Below the pieces are notes generated by a model. It had not been told where the DNA came from, searched no databases, and worked only from the letters and a program-made list of their open reading frames with translations. From an uncultured Actinomycetes bacterium (GTDB lineage Bacteria; Actinomycetota; UBA4738; HRBIN12), in contig CAVQCI010000005.1 of the NCBI GenBank assembly GCA_963710985.1, positions 111,892 through 175,891 of the forward strand: a stretch of DNA of 64,000 bases, written 5' to 3'. A program made the translations under genes and the position numbers. Each line of letters opens with the position of its first letter. Positions within the stretch are counted from its first letter, which is position 1. Shown here one piece after another: positions 53,200 to 64,000 of the stretch.

Positions 53200-54281
53200 T
53201 CAAGAAGCGTCGACGTCCGCCGTGGTCGGGATCTCGACCACGGCGGTCGTGTGTCCGGACCGGACCTCGTCCGGCTCGGGGTGCGGCATCCGCAGCAGCA
53301 GCACGAGGCCCGCCAGCCACACGACCGCGCGGTGACCACGACCATCGCCTGCGACCGTGTCCTGCGAGGCCGCGCGCACGAACAGGGCCGCGGCGATGCA
53401 GACGGCCTGCGCCGCGATGAAGGCCAGCGCGATCCCCGTGCGCCCCACGCCGCCGGAGCGCCATCCGGTGCGAGGTGTGGTCGGTCGCGCCGAGCCACGG
53501 CGGGTGACGCCGGCGCAGCCGCGCGATCACCACCAGCGTCATGTCGAACAGCGGCACCGCCACCAGCAGCACGATCGTCAGGCCCCGCGTGAGCGCGGAG
53601 TCCACCGCGCAGGTCCAGGTGCAGCGAGAGCGCCGCCAGGAAGAACCCGAGCGCCATCGAGCCGGCGTCGCCGAGGAAGATCCGGGCCGGCGGGAAGTTG
53701 AAGCACAGGAACCCGAGGCTCGCGCCGGCCACCGCGAGCGCGAACGACCCCGTGTGGTAGTGGCCCTGCTGCGCGGCCGCGAGCGCGATCCCGAGCGCGG
53801 CGACGAACGAGACCCCGCCGGCGAGCCCGTCCATGTTGTCGACCATGTTCACCGCGTTGACCAGCGCGACCACCCAGACCACCGTCAGCACGAGGTCGAG
53901 CGCCGCGATCCCGAACACGCCGGCCCGCACGCCGACGAGCCACAGCGCGACCCCGCAGGCCGCCTCGGCCGCGAGCCGGAGCACCGGGGAGAGGCTCCGG
54001 AGGTCGTCGACGACCCCCACGGCGCCCAGGAACACCGCGCAGAGCAGGATCACGAGCAGCTCGCCCTTGGCGCCGGCCGCGACCGCGGCGACCAGCAGCA
54101 GCCCGCCCACCACCGCCGCGCCGCCCAGCGTGGGGGTGGGCAGCCGGTGCGAGCGGTGCCCGGTCGGCTGGTCCACGAGGCCGACCCGGCGCGCGACCCG
54201 GGCCGCGAGCGGGGTCAGCGCCACCGTCGCCAGCGAACGGGACGAGGAAGGCCAGCAGGTAGCGGACGCCTCGTTCGTCAT
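53200..54281 (-). CDS. MraY/WecA-like undecaprenyl-phosphate GlcNAc-1-phosphate transferase; frameshifts
   Basis: PTPTLGG, VVDD, NAVNMVDNMDGL, NFPPARIFLGDAGS, DHTSHR. Confidence 0.88.
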
Positions 54282-54975
54282 GCGGTCCCCACCTGGCCCG
54301 CTCGAAGGCGATCACGTCGGCGAGGATGTCCTCGAGCGAGCACCTGGGCTCCCACCCGGTGAGCTCCCGCAGCTTGGTGGTGTCGGGGATCCGGCGCTCC
54401 ATGTCCTCGAACCCGGCCTCGAACGCCACCTCGTAGGGCACGAGGTCGACCTCCGAGCCGGAGCCGGTCCTGCTCGATCACCAACCGCGCGAGGTCGGCG
54501 ATCGTGACCTCGTTCAGCGCGCCCACGTTGAAGACCTCGCCGGCCGCCTGCGGGTGGTCGAGCAGCGACACGATCGCGGCCACGGTGTCGTGCACGTGGC
54601 AGAACGAGCGCCGCTGCTCCCCGGTGCCGTGCACGACGATCGGCTCGCCGGCCAGCGCGCGGCGGACGAAGGTCGGCACCACCATCCCGTACTCGCCGGT
54701 CTGCCGCGGCCCGACGCAGTTGAACAGGCGCACCACGATCGTCTCGAGGCCCTTCTCGCGCCAGTAGGCGTTGGCGAAGATCTCGTCGACCGCCTTCGAC
54801 GTGCTGTACGACCAGCGCGCGACGTAGGGGGAGCCGAGGATCCGGTCCGAGTCCTCGTGCAGCGGCCCGGTGGCGTTCTTGCCGTAGATCTCCGAGGTGG
54901 AGGTGAGCAGGACCCGCCGGCCGTGCCGGTCCGCGGAGGTGAGCACGTTCTCGGTGCCGCGGATGTTGCGCTCGG
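54278..54975 (-). CDS. NAD-dependent epimerase/dehydratase, N-terminus missing
   Basis: NIRGTENVL, STSEIYG, WSYSTSK, RLFNCVGPRQ; no GxxGxxG before the sequence switches to another gene. Confidence 0.85.
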
Positions 54976-55789
54976 GGCCGCAGCCCTGCGCGGCTCATCG
55001 CCGGCCTGCTCCTGGTCGGGATCGGTCATCGTCATCGCGGTCGTGTCGCTGGTGTGGCTGCCCTACGATCCGAGCGACACGTCGGGCGGCCGACTGGAGG
55101 GCCCGGGGCCATCCACTGGCTGGGCACGGACCGGCTCGGCCGCGACCTCTTCACGCAGATCATGGTCGGCGCGCGCATCGCCCTGGTGGTCGGCCTGGGG
55201 GCCGTCGTCGTGGGCGCCGCGGTCGGCGTGCCGGTCGGGCTGATCGCGGCGTTCGCCGGCGGCTGGCTGGACGACACGCTGTCGGCGGGCATGGACATCC
55301 TGATCGCCTTCCCGCTGCTGCTGCTCGCCATGCTGTTCGTGGCCGTGACGGGGGCATCGCTGGTCACGGTGACCGTGGCGATCGGGCTGTCCGTGTCCGC
55401 GATCGTGGCCCGGCTGACCCGCGGCGTCTCCAAGCGCGTCCTGGCGCAGCAGTACATCACCGCCGCGCGCACGTCCGGGACCGGCCGGCTGGGGATCGTC
55501 TGGGAGCACGTCCTGCCCGAACATCTGGCCGACCATCAGCGTCAACCTGGGGCTGCTGTTCGGTGTCGCGGTGCTCGCGGAGGCGAGCCTGTCGTACCTC
55601 GGGCTGGGAGCGCCGCCGCCCAACTCCTCGTGGGGCCGCCTGCTCCAGGAGGCGCAGGGCACGGTCATGACCGCGCCGCTGGGGGCGATCGCCCCGGGCG
55701 TCGTCCTCGTGGTCCTCGTCATCGGGGTCAACCTCCTGGTGGATGGCCTGCGGGATGTCACCGATCCGACCCAGGCCCGAGCCCGATGA
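54976..55789 (+). CDS. Peptide/nickel ABC transporter permease (DppC-like), 5' end missing; frameshifts
   Basis: HWLGTDRLGRD, YITAARTSG (EAA loop), EASLSYLGLG. Confidence 0.85.
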
Positions 55790-56602
55790 ACCTGCTGGAG
55801 GTCGACGTCGCTCAGCGTCACCTCGTCCGACGGTGTCGCCCGGGTGCGGGACGTCTCGTTCACCGTCGCACCCGGCGAACGGCTCGGGCTCATCGGCGAA
55901 TCCGGCTCCGGCAAGTCGCTCACGGCGTTCGCCGTCATCGGACTGCTGCCGGCGGGACTGACGGCGCACCGGGCAGCGTCGTGCTCGACGGCACCCAGGT
56001 CGTCGGCGCACCCGAGAAGCAGCTGGTGCCGTTGCGCGGCCGCGTCTGCGCCTTCATCTTCCAGGAGCCGCTGACCGCGCTGGACCCGCTGATGAAGCTG
56101 GGCCGCCAGCTGGCGGAGCCCATCGCGCGTCACCAGGGCCTCCGCGGGCGCGGCCCTCGAGCGAGCCGTCCTGGAGGCGCTCGACGAGGTGCACCTGCCC
56201 GAACCCGAGCGCATCGCGGCGTCCCGCTCGTACGAGATCTCCGGCGGACAGCGGCAGCGGGTCGCCATCGCGATGGCGCTCGCGTGCCGTCCGCGACTGC
56301 TCATCGCGGACGAGCCCACCACCGCCCTCGACGTGACCGTCCAGTCCGAGGTGCTCGCGCTCCTCGATCGCCTGGTCGCGGAGCGGGACATGGCCCTGAT
56401 CTTCGTCAGCCACGATCTCGCGGTCGTCTCGCGCATGACCGACCACGCCCTGGTGATGCGGGCCGGCGAGGCGGTCGAGCGGGGCACCATCGCGGCGCTC
56501 CTCGCGTCGCCCCAGCACCCCTACACGGCGGCGTTCGCGGCGAGCGCGTACCGCATCGAGACGGGCTTCGCGGCGGCGATCGCCCAGGGGCAGGACGGAT
56601 GA
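55786..56602 (+). CDS. Peptide ABC transporter ATPase (DppD-like); frameshifts
   Basis: [34 protein letters not shown]. Confidence 0.88.
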
Positions 56603-57435
56603 CCGCGATCCTGGCGCTCGACGACGTGAGCTACGCCTATCGGGGCGCGCCGCCCGGGACAGTACGCGGTGCAGGGCGTCTCGCTCGGCCATCGAACCGG
56701 GACAGAACACCGGCCTCGTCGGCGAATCCGGCTCCGGCAAGAGCACGCTGGTCAAGCTGCTGCTGGGCCTGATGCGAGCCGACGCACGGGCCGGGTCCTG
56801 TTCGACGGGGTGCCCGCTCGACCTGGGCGACCGGGCGCAGGTGCGCTCGTTCCGCCGCAGCGTGCAGACGGTCTTCCAGGACCCCTGGTCGTCGCTCGAC
56901 CCGCGGCAGCGCGTCGGGCCGCATCGTGGGCGAGCCGGTGCGCTCGCTGCGGATCGCCCGCGGCCGTGCGGCCGACGCGCTCGTCGCGGAGGCGCTCGAA
57001 TCGGTCGGGCTGCCCGCCGATGCCGCGTCCCGCTACCCGCACGAGTTCTCCGGCGGGCAACGCCAGCGCATCGCGATCGCGCGGGCCATCGTCAGCCGGC
57101 CGCGCGTCCTCCTGGCCGATGAGCCGGTCAGCGCCCTCGACGTGATCACCCGCAGCCAGGTCATCGCCCTGCTCGGCGAGCTGGGCGCAAGCCGGGACCT
57201 GACCGTGCTCATGGTCTCCCACGACCTGGGCGTGGTCGCGGCGCTCTGCCAGCGCACCATCGTCCTGCAGCGTGGGCGGGTCGTCGAGCAGGGGACGACG
57301 GCGGCCGTGCTGGGGGCTCCCAGCGAGCCCTACACGCGGCAGCTGCTGGCGGCGGTGCCGCGGCTTCCCCGGGTCCCGCCCCGCATCGACACCATCAACG
57401 AGCCCGGCGACCTGATCACCCGGAGGGAAGCATGA
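56599..57435 (+). CDS. Peptide ABC transporter ATPase (DppF-like); frameshifts
   Basis: [30 protein letters not shown]. Confidence 0.88.
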
Positions 57436-57924
57436 CCGAGAAGACCGTCACCATCCATCTCGAGGACGCGATGCGCCTGGTCGCGCAGACGGGCTCGGGC
57501 CACGACCGTCATGGACGACGCCAACGGTGACGGCGGGGCACGACCCACCGAGCTGCTGCTTGCCGCCCTGGGCGGATGCACCGGTATGGACGTCATCTCG
57601 ATCCTGCGCAAGAAGCGCCAGGACGTGACCCGCTTCGATGTCCAGGTGGGGGCGACCCAGCGGGCCGCGTACCCGCGGATCTTCACGGACATCGACATGG
57701 TGGTCGAGGTGGAGGGTCCGCGCGTGAGCGTCGCGGCCGTGCGCGAGGCCATCGGCCTGTCAGCCAGGAAGTACTGCCAGGTGGGCGCGATGCTCGCGGC
57801 CGGAGAGACGGTCATCCACCACCGCTACCGGGTGATCGGTACGGGCGACGCCCCGTTCGAGGAGGCCGGTGAGGTCGGCGTCAGCGGCCCTTCGCCCGAT
57901 CGAACGAGCCCTGACGGTCGATAG
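57432..57924 (+). CDS. OsmC/YhfA family protein; frameshift near 57495
   Basis: RPTELLLAALGGCTGMDV...KYCQV. Confidence 0.85.
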
Positions 57925-57935
57925 GAGGTACCCCG

Positions 57936-58536
57936 ATGGGATCGACCTACGCGAACATGTCGATGTCGCTCGACGGGTTCATCGCCGGTCCCAACGTCGG
58001 CGTCGGCAACGGGATGGGCGACGAGGGCGACCGACTGCACGACTGGATGTTCGCCGGCCGATCCGACGAGGAAGCCAGCGCATTCCTGGAGGCACAGTTC
58101 GTCAGCGTCGGTGCCGTGCTCATGGGCCGCACGATGCTCGATGTGGGCATCGGCCCATGGGCGACGACCCGACGTTCCATGCTCCGGTCTCCGTCGTCAC
58201 GCACCGACCGGCCGAGCCCATCGTCAAGGCAGGCGGCACGACCTGCACGTTCGTGACCGATGGTCCCCAGGAAGCCCTGCGCCGGGCCCGGCAGGTGGCC
58301 CGCGACAAGGACATTCGCGTGGAGGGCGGCGCTGCCATCGTGCGGCAGTACCTCCTGAGCGGCGTGATCGACGAGCTGCGGCTCCACGTGGTCCCCATAC
58401 TGCTCGGCGGCGGGACCCGGCTCTTCACCGACCCGGACAGGGTCCAGTCGAGCTCACGGCGACCGGCGACGTCGACGAGGCGGGTGTGGCCCACCTCATC
58501 TACCGGACACGTGGCGTGACCCCCGAAGCCGCCTAA
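57936..58536 (+). CDS. Dihydrofolate reductase/RibD C-terminal family protein; frameshifts
   Basis: MSLDGFIAGP, MGRTM, VEGG, IDEL, PILLGGG. Confidence 0.85.
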
Positions 58537-58563
58537 CCCGACACGTGATCGACAGGAGGCCCG

Positions 58564-58848
58564 ATGCCCGCCGCCCCCACAACGACGGGCCCGAGCGCCC
58601 TCACCATCTTCGGCGTCGACTGGTGCGAGGACACGACCCGCGCCCGACGGCATCTGTACACGGCGGGTGTCCGATATCGCTACGTTCGGCTCGACGAGGA
58701 TGACGCCGCGAGGGCCGAACTCCACAACGCGGGCCAGATGGCGACACCCGTCGTCGTGACGCCGTCCGGTCTGGTCTTCGTGGAACCGTCGGACGAACAG
58801 CTCGAGGCCATCGTCGCCGAGATGGCACAGGGTGATTCCCGGTCCTGA
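58564..58848 (+). CDS. Glutaredoxin/mycoredoxin-like protein (monothiol CxxT)
   Basis: GVDWCEDT...TPVV...EPS. Confidence 0.72.
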   Translation: MPAAPTTTGPSALTIFGVDWCEDTTRARRHLYTAGVRYRYVRLDEDDAARAELHNAGQMATPVVVTPSGLVFVEPSDEQLEAIVAEMAQGDSRS

Positions 58849-58907
58849 CGGCCACGATGATCGCGCCCGCTGGTGGCCGCGTTCGACAGACTGCCGATAC
58901 TCGGGTG

Positions 58908-59611
58908 ATGGCGACGTACGTCCTCATCCACGGCGCGGGCGATAGCGCCTGGTACTGGCACCTGGTGGTGCCCGAGCTCCGGGCTCGGGGCCACGACGTG
59001 GTCGCTGCCGACCTGCCGTGCGAGGACGACTCCGCCGGCTGGACCGACTACGGCGACGCCGTGGTCCGGGCCATCGGCGAGCGGACCGATCTGGTCGTCG
59101 TGGCGCAATCGCTCGGGGGGTTCACCGCGCCCCTCGTCTGCGCTCGGCGGCCCGCGCAGCTGATGGTGCTCGTGGCGGGCATGATCCCGGCGCCAGGTGA
59201 GGCCGGCGACGACTACTGGACGAACACCCGCTACGCAGAAGCCCGCCGCGACGTGGTCGCGCGCGATGACATCGAACTCTTCTACCACGACGTGCCCCGG
59301 GCACTCGCGGAGGAGGCCATGCGCCACGGCCGACGGCAGGCCGAGTCGATCGGGCACGAGCCGTGGCCGCTCGATCGGTGGCCGGACGTCCCGGTCCGGT
59401 TCCTGCTGTCTCGGGACGACCGGCTCTTCCCGGCCGAGTGGCTGCGGGGGGTGGTCCGCGACCGACTCGGTATCGAGGCCGACGAGATCGAGGGTGGTCA
59501 CTGCCGGCCCTCGCCCGACCGAAGACGCTGGTTGAGCGCCTGGAGGCGCTCCGCTCCGAGCTCCTCGCGAGAACGCTCAGACGGACATCGCAAGAGACCG
59601 GTCGGACCTGA
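58908..59611 (+). CDS. Alpha/beta hydrolase; frameshift near 59500
   Basis: LIHGAG, AQSLGG, DDRLFP, GGH. Confidence 0.85.
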
Positions 59612-59725
59612 CGCTCGAGGGAGGGCCGCCGATCGCTCGGCGGTCCCCCGTGACCCTCCGGGGCGGTTGGAGCACCCCACCGCCGTCGTCCGACGGTCTG
59701 GCGGAGTCGCGCCTGGCTCGTTACC

Positions 59726-60043
59726 TCAGAGCCTCGCGAACACCGCGTAGGTGGTGACGATCGCGAGCAGGGCGATCAGGGCGGTCAGACCTCCCAGGCG
59801 CGCGCTACCGTCCGATGGGTCTTCGGCGGCGGGTGCAGCGAAGGGGAGAACGGTCCCCGGGTCGTGCAGCTCGGGCCATACCCTGCCGTAGATGACCCGG
59901 AGCGACCCATGCGACTGGAGGTCGCTGGTGAGGGGTACCCACCCGCGCGTCATGGAGTCGGTCTCGTCGGCGACCCACGCGGACACGAGCTCGGGCGTGT
60001 CCACCCCGTAGAGCTTCTCCTGCGTCTCGGCCACTTGCCACAC
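59726..60043 (-). CDS. Hypothetical protein with C-terminal TM helix
   Basis: ORF with plausible composition and hydrophobic tail. Confidence 0.45.
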   Translation of the reverse strand: MWQVAETQEKLYGVDTPELVSAWVADETDSMTRGWVPLTSDLQSHGSLRVIYGRVWPELHDPGTVLPFAAPAAEDPSDGSARLGGLTALIALLAIVTTYAVFARL

Positions 60044-60148
60044 CTGCTCGTCCCCCGTCCTGCGGCGTCCGATATACAGGAGCTCGGATGGAGCCGGTTG
60101 ATACAGCCTCGAAGGCGCGCGATCCGCCGACCGGCCGAAGGGGATTGC

Positions 60149-60386
60149 TCAGTCCGTTCGACGCCCGGGCTCGGGTGGCACGCCTGGCACGAGACTGAAG
60201 CGCCAGGACCCCTCGGACGGCCTGTCGGCCACCACCGAGACGCCGCCCGCCGTATCGCTGCTCGAGCGCCGCGAGCTCGTCCTCGGTGACCGTGATGGTG
60301 CCCCCGACACGGTCGAGCAGCACCGGCAGCACGAGCTGGGTGATGGCCTCCATGGTCACCACTCCCCGCCGCATCGGATCGCGCAT
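60149..60386 (-). CDS. Small hypothetical protein (frameshifted)
   Basis: GAGG RBS; MRDPMRRG...TEDELAALEQRYGG. Confidence 0.35.
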
Positions 60387-60475
60387 CACCCACCTCGTGC
60401 CCTGGCTCGTCCTGCCCACCATAGGAGACCCGCAGGAGCGCGCCGGTGACGTGCTCCGCGACGACACCCTGCTCC

Positions 60476-60580
60476 CGTGCACCATGGATTCGAGCTCGGC
60501 TGGACCTCGGCGGTGACGGCCCGGAATCGGCGGCTCGTGCACCATGAGACCAGCTCGGCCGCCGCTCGGCGGTGACGGCC
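60476..60580. repeat. Two-copy imperfect direct repeat, ~60-bp period
   Basis: CGTGCACCATG...AGCTCGGC...CTCGGCGGTGACGGCC at 60476 and 60536. Confidence 0.75.
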
Positions 60581-60629
60581 GACTGGTCCCAGGGTCGGAT
60601 GCCCTCGGGCCTGCGCCCTCGGGCTGCTG

Positions 60630-61931
60630 CTAGGGAGCGAGCCGCTGCCAGCTCACCTGCTGATTCGAGAGGCCGGCGTACGGGATGACCTCGACCGGGG
60701 CCGTCCCCGACACATCTATGAGCAGCATCGATCCACCGGTGTCCTCATGGCCGACGGGCCCGTCCGCGTATGCGGTCACGACCGTGCCGTCGGGGGACCA
60801 CCCCACGCCGCAGTTGCAGCCCAGCGGAGGGTGATCCAACGTGATCGGGTTGGAACCATCAGGGTCGACGGTCACGACCTGCCACGCGCCCGGATGGCTG
60901 GATGGTCCGTCGTAGGCGATGCGAGTCCCGTCAGGAGACCACACCGGCCAGACCTCGCTCGTGGGGTCGTGCGAGATCGCCGTGACACCGCTTCCGTCCA
61001 CGTCCGCCACGTATACGTCGTACTGGCCGCTGTTCCCGGCGTGGTACGCGAGTTCCCGCATGTCCGGACTCCATTGCGGATGGGCGTACGTGTACGGGAT
61101 GTCCGTGTACCGACCGTCGACGAGCCGCTGTCGGACCCATCGGCCCTGATCACGCTCAGGCCTGGTGGATCCGTCGTGCCGTCCCTGGTCATGCCACCGC
61201 TCCGATAGCCGATGAGCGTGTCATCCGGCGACCACGTCGGCGCCCGGCCCGGGCTCACGAGTTCCACGGGTTCACCTCCGGCGAGTGGGACGACCATGAG
61301 GCGGTTCACCCTCGCCCGGCGGCGCCGATCGTGTCCGAGTACGCCAGGAACCGGCCATCGTGTGACCACGACGGGAGCGTGGTCCATTGCGACAACCTCA
61401 GGTCGTTCGCGAGCGTCCTGAGGTTCGTCCCGTCGGCGTCCATGACGTTCAGTGACGCGATGCCGTCCTGCTTCGAGTCCGGCTCCGACCAGTAGGCGAG
61501 GTGCGTGCCGTCCTGCGACCAGATCGGGTCGACATCCCACTCGGGCGTCGCCATCAGTCGTCGACGATCCGTGCCGTCCGGGTTCGACGACCCAGATATC
61601 GCCGCCGTCGTCGAAGGCGATGAGGCCGTTCCGCGCCACGCCGAGCGGTGGCGGGAGCTTGACGCTGGGCTGCTGCCCGACGGCGATGGCGCTGACCACC
61701 GCCAGCAGCACGCCCAGGATGACCAGGATGATCGCGGTCCGGGGGACCGCCCCGAACTTGTATGTCGTCTGCATGGGGAGCCACCTTTCGAGGGTGGCCC
61801 AGCCGGGGAGCCGGCGCGTGCGTCGGGTCCGTGCCAGGACCGCGTCAGGCAGGCCGTCGGGCTCGCGCATGGGCGCCTGCTCGTCCAGCCAGGCGGTGAG
61901 TGTGTCGGTCGAAGTCGAGGGAGGAGCTCAC
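60630..61931 (-). CDS. Putative anti-sigma factor: short N-terminal domain, TM helix, TolB/PD40 beta-propeller; frameshifts
   Basis: AWLDEQAP...VLARTRRTRR, TM helix, repeated PxWSPDG; GTGA overlap with the sigma gene. Confidence 0.75.
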
Positions 61932-62482
61932 GGCGGCCTCCTTCGACGAGCGGCAGGCGCGCGTCGGCATCGAGGGCCGCGCGCATCTGCTGGGTGGCTC
62001 GGAAGAGCCGGGACTTCACGGTGCCGACGGGCAGGCCGAGGATCTCGGCCGTCTCCTGCATCGGCAGCCCCAGGTAGTAGTGCAGCACGATGAGCGCCCG
62101 TTGCTCGGGCGACGAGCCGGCTGAAGCCGCGCTCCAGCTCGTCCCGGTCGGCGAGGGCGATGCCCGGGTCGGCGCCATCCATCGCGAGGGGCTGGACCTG
62201 GGCCTCGAGCCGCCGCCAGTGCTGGTCGCTTGCCTGCTTCGCGATAGCAGGCCCGGACCAGCAGCCGCCGGAGCCAGGCGTCGAAGCGGTCCGGGTCGCG
62301 CAGCGAGCGAGAGCTGCCGCCAGGCGGCGACGAGCGCCTCCTGGGTGGCATCCTCGGCCTGCTCGTCGTCCCGGAGGATGAGACGCGCGATGGCATAGAG
62401 CTTGGTCGATCGAGCCACGCGTCAGCTCCGAGAACGCCTCGTGATCGCCTGCCATCGCCCGTTCCACGAGGTCCCGATGCAT
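61928..62482 (-). CDS. ECF RNA polymerase sigma factor; frameshifts
   Basis: DLVERAMAGDHEAF, AEDATQEA, RFDAWL, LGLPVGTVKSRL. Confidence 0.88.
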   Translation of the reverse strand: MHRDLVERAMAGDHEAFSELTRGSIDQALCHRASHPPGRRAGRGCHPGGARRRLAAALARCATRTASTPGSGGCWSGPAIAKQASDQHWRRLEAQVQPLAMDGADPGIALADRDELERGFSRLVARATGAHRAALLPGAADAGDGRDPRPARRHREVPALPSHPADARGPRCRRAPAARRRRPP

Positions 62483-62674
62483 CGGGCCTCCCGCTCCGTC
62501 GCGGCGTGTCCGCCGCCGAAGGCACGACCTTGGTGGCCGCGCTCCAGCATATGTGCGCCGTCGATGACCTCCGGTTCCCGAAATCGTCCGAGCGACCTCG
62601 GTTCGCCGACCGCGCGATGGTCGCGTCGCTGGACATACCGGGCCGGCATCGTCGAGGGCCGTACCATCCCGGTC

Positions 62675-63547
62675 ATGGTCGGCGAGTCGGCTGCTGCGTG
62701 GGCAACCGAGCAGGTGGAGCGGGTGCGTGACGACCCGGGCGCGCGGATGGCGCTCCTCTCGCGCACCTACGACCGCCTGTGTCGACCCCGCCACGTCGCA
62801 TACCGGCGGGCGGCGTTGTCCTTCATGCGCTGGCAGGCGGAACGCGGTGTCCTCCGCGACCCGGATACGGACCCGCCCGGAAGCCCGTGGTGGCGAGCGG
62901 TCAACGAGCGACTGCTCCGGGACGGGTGCGAGGCGCTGGCACGAGCCATCGGCATGGGCGGATCGCCGTCCTCGCCCTCGATCGCTCCGTGGATGTCGTT
63001 CATCGAGGCTCCGTCGGCCCGCAGGTGGTATCGCGCTCACAACGGCACGGTCGTCGCCGCCTACCTCGATAATCGTGGCCTCGCCGAGGCGGAGAGCCGA
63101 CCGGAGCGCTTCTTCCTCAACGTGGCCCTCCTCCGCGTGCTGTATGTGCACGCGCTGGTCGCGGCCCCGCGGCTCGCGCTCGGCCGCCTCGGCGCGGTCG
63201 GGCCGGTCGTCGGTGACCCGCGCCTCGGAGGCGTCGGTGCCTACCTCTCGATGGGCCGCGTGCTACCGGATCGCTATCCCCTCGTCGCCGACCTGGAGAC
63301 CTACCTGATCGATGAGCATGACCTCGGCCGATTGATCGACTACGGCGTGATCGCACCGCGGACGCAGGCGCTGTACGACTGGTCGGCGCGGGAGCTCGGC
63401 CACCCCGGGCTGCGCGAGCTCGCACGCGCCGGTGCCCCGGTCTACGCGTGGTCGCAGGAGGACCGAGGCTACTGGACCCTCAGCCGTGAATCGCTCGGGA
63501 TCCGGGTCATCCGTCGCGTGACGCGCCCCACGACGTCAACCGCGTGA
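62675..63547 (+). CDS. Conserved-looking hypothetical protein (290 aa)
   Basis: Long ORF with typical codon bias (SFMRWQ, PWWRAVNERLL, WYRAHN). Confidence 0.68.
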   Translation: MVGESAAAWATEQVERVRDDPGARMALLSRTYDRLCRPRHVAYRRAALSFMRWQAERGVLRDPDTDPPGSPWWRAVNERLLRDGCEALARAIGMGGSPSSPSIAPWMSFIEAPSARRWYRAHNGTVVAAYLDNRGLAEAESRPERFFLNVALLRVLYVHALVAAPRLALGRLGAVGPVVGDPRLGGVGAYLSMGRVLPDRYPLVADLETYLIDEHDLGRLIDYGVIAPRTQALYDWSARELGHPGLRELARAGAPVYAWSQEDRGYWTLSRESLGIRVIRRVTRPTTSTA

Positions 63548-63868
63548 CCGCCCCGACGTGGCCCGTCACCTGCGCCACCGCCCGCTGGCGCGCCTTCCGG
63601 GCGGTTTGCGCGTGGTCCATGGACTCGGTGCGAGTCGGTGATCCGTGCCGCCGTCGACTGTCGGCTGAGCGCTGGAAGCTGACCCGCCCGGCCCCGGACC
63701 GCGACCCTTGCCGTGACCATATCGTCGGCGGATCGATCGTCGCTTCGCTAACGTCGTGGCACCCTGATCGTTGATGGTCGCGGCCTACGATGGTCGGCGG
63801 CATGGGGTCATCGGCCATCCGCCAGATGGTCCGGCGCGACAAATGAGCGGGTGGAGTCGGTCGCAGTG

Positions 63869-64000
63869 ATGGCGCGGGGAAGGTCGGGAGGCACCGGCAC
63901 GGCGCTGGACAGCGCGGCCATCCTGCCGAGGAGGCCCGGCGTCTATCGCTTCCGCGACACACGCGGACGAGCGCTGTACCTCGGCCGCGCGGCTGGACCT
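63869..64000 (+). CDS. GIY-YIG nuclease (UvrC N-terminus-like), runs off the window
   Basis: LPRRPGVYRFRD...LYLGRA. Confidence 0.7.
   Translation, partial: MARGRSGGTGTALDSAAILPRRPGVYRFRDTRGRALYLGRAAGP

Noticed and set aside
60476-60580. CRISPR array
   Set aside because: Only two imperfect units, no spacer of CRISPR size, no cas genes

Overview
High-GC window that looks like low-coverage long-read assembly: many single-base indels break otherwise intact genes, even rplK and rplJ, and errors are densest at ~25.0-25.6 kb and ~29.2-35.8 kb. Bases 1-~54,975 read as an actinobacterial chromosome segment with the core order hadA-hadB ... tRNA-Trp-secE-nusG-rplK-rplA ... L10 leader-rplJ-rplL. Accessory blocks are a cfa/DUF1365 lipid operon, a persulfide-detox module, and a ~29 kb block between rplA and rplJ. 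That block holds a multicopper oxidase, a ~2,100-aa secreted NodB/metallophosphoesterase/Ig-repeat protein with mostly degenerate active sites, a WbpB/E/D-type polysaccharide cluster, two atypical LuxR regulators, a sulfotransferase, an orphan lasso-B2 protein and an unannotated ~260-nt structured RNA candidate. At ~54,975 two 5'-truncated genes meet head to head, which suggests a chimeric join to DNA of different origin (dpp ABC genes, OsmC, ECF sigma/anti-sigma). No CRISPR, rRNA, transposase or integrase was seen. All calls come from reading motifs by eye; no database searches were run.
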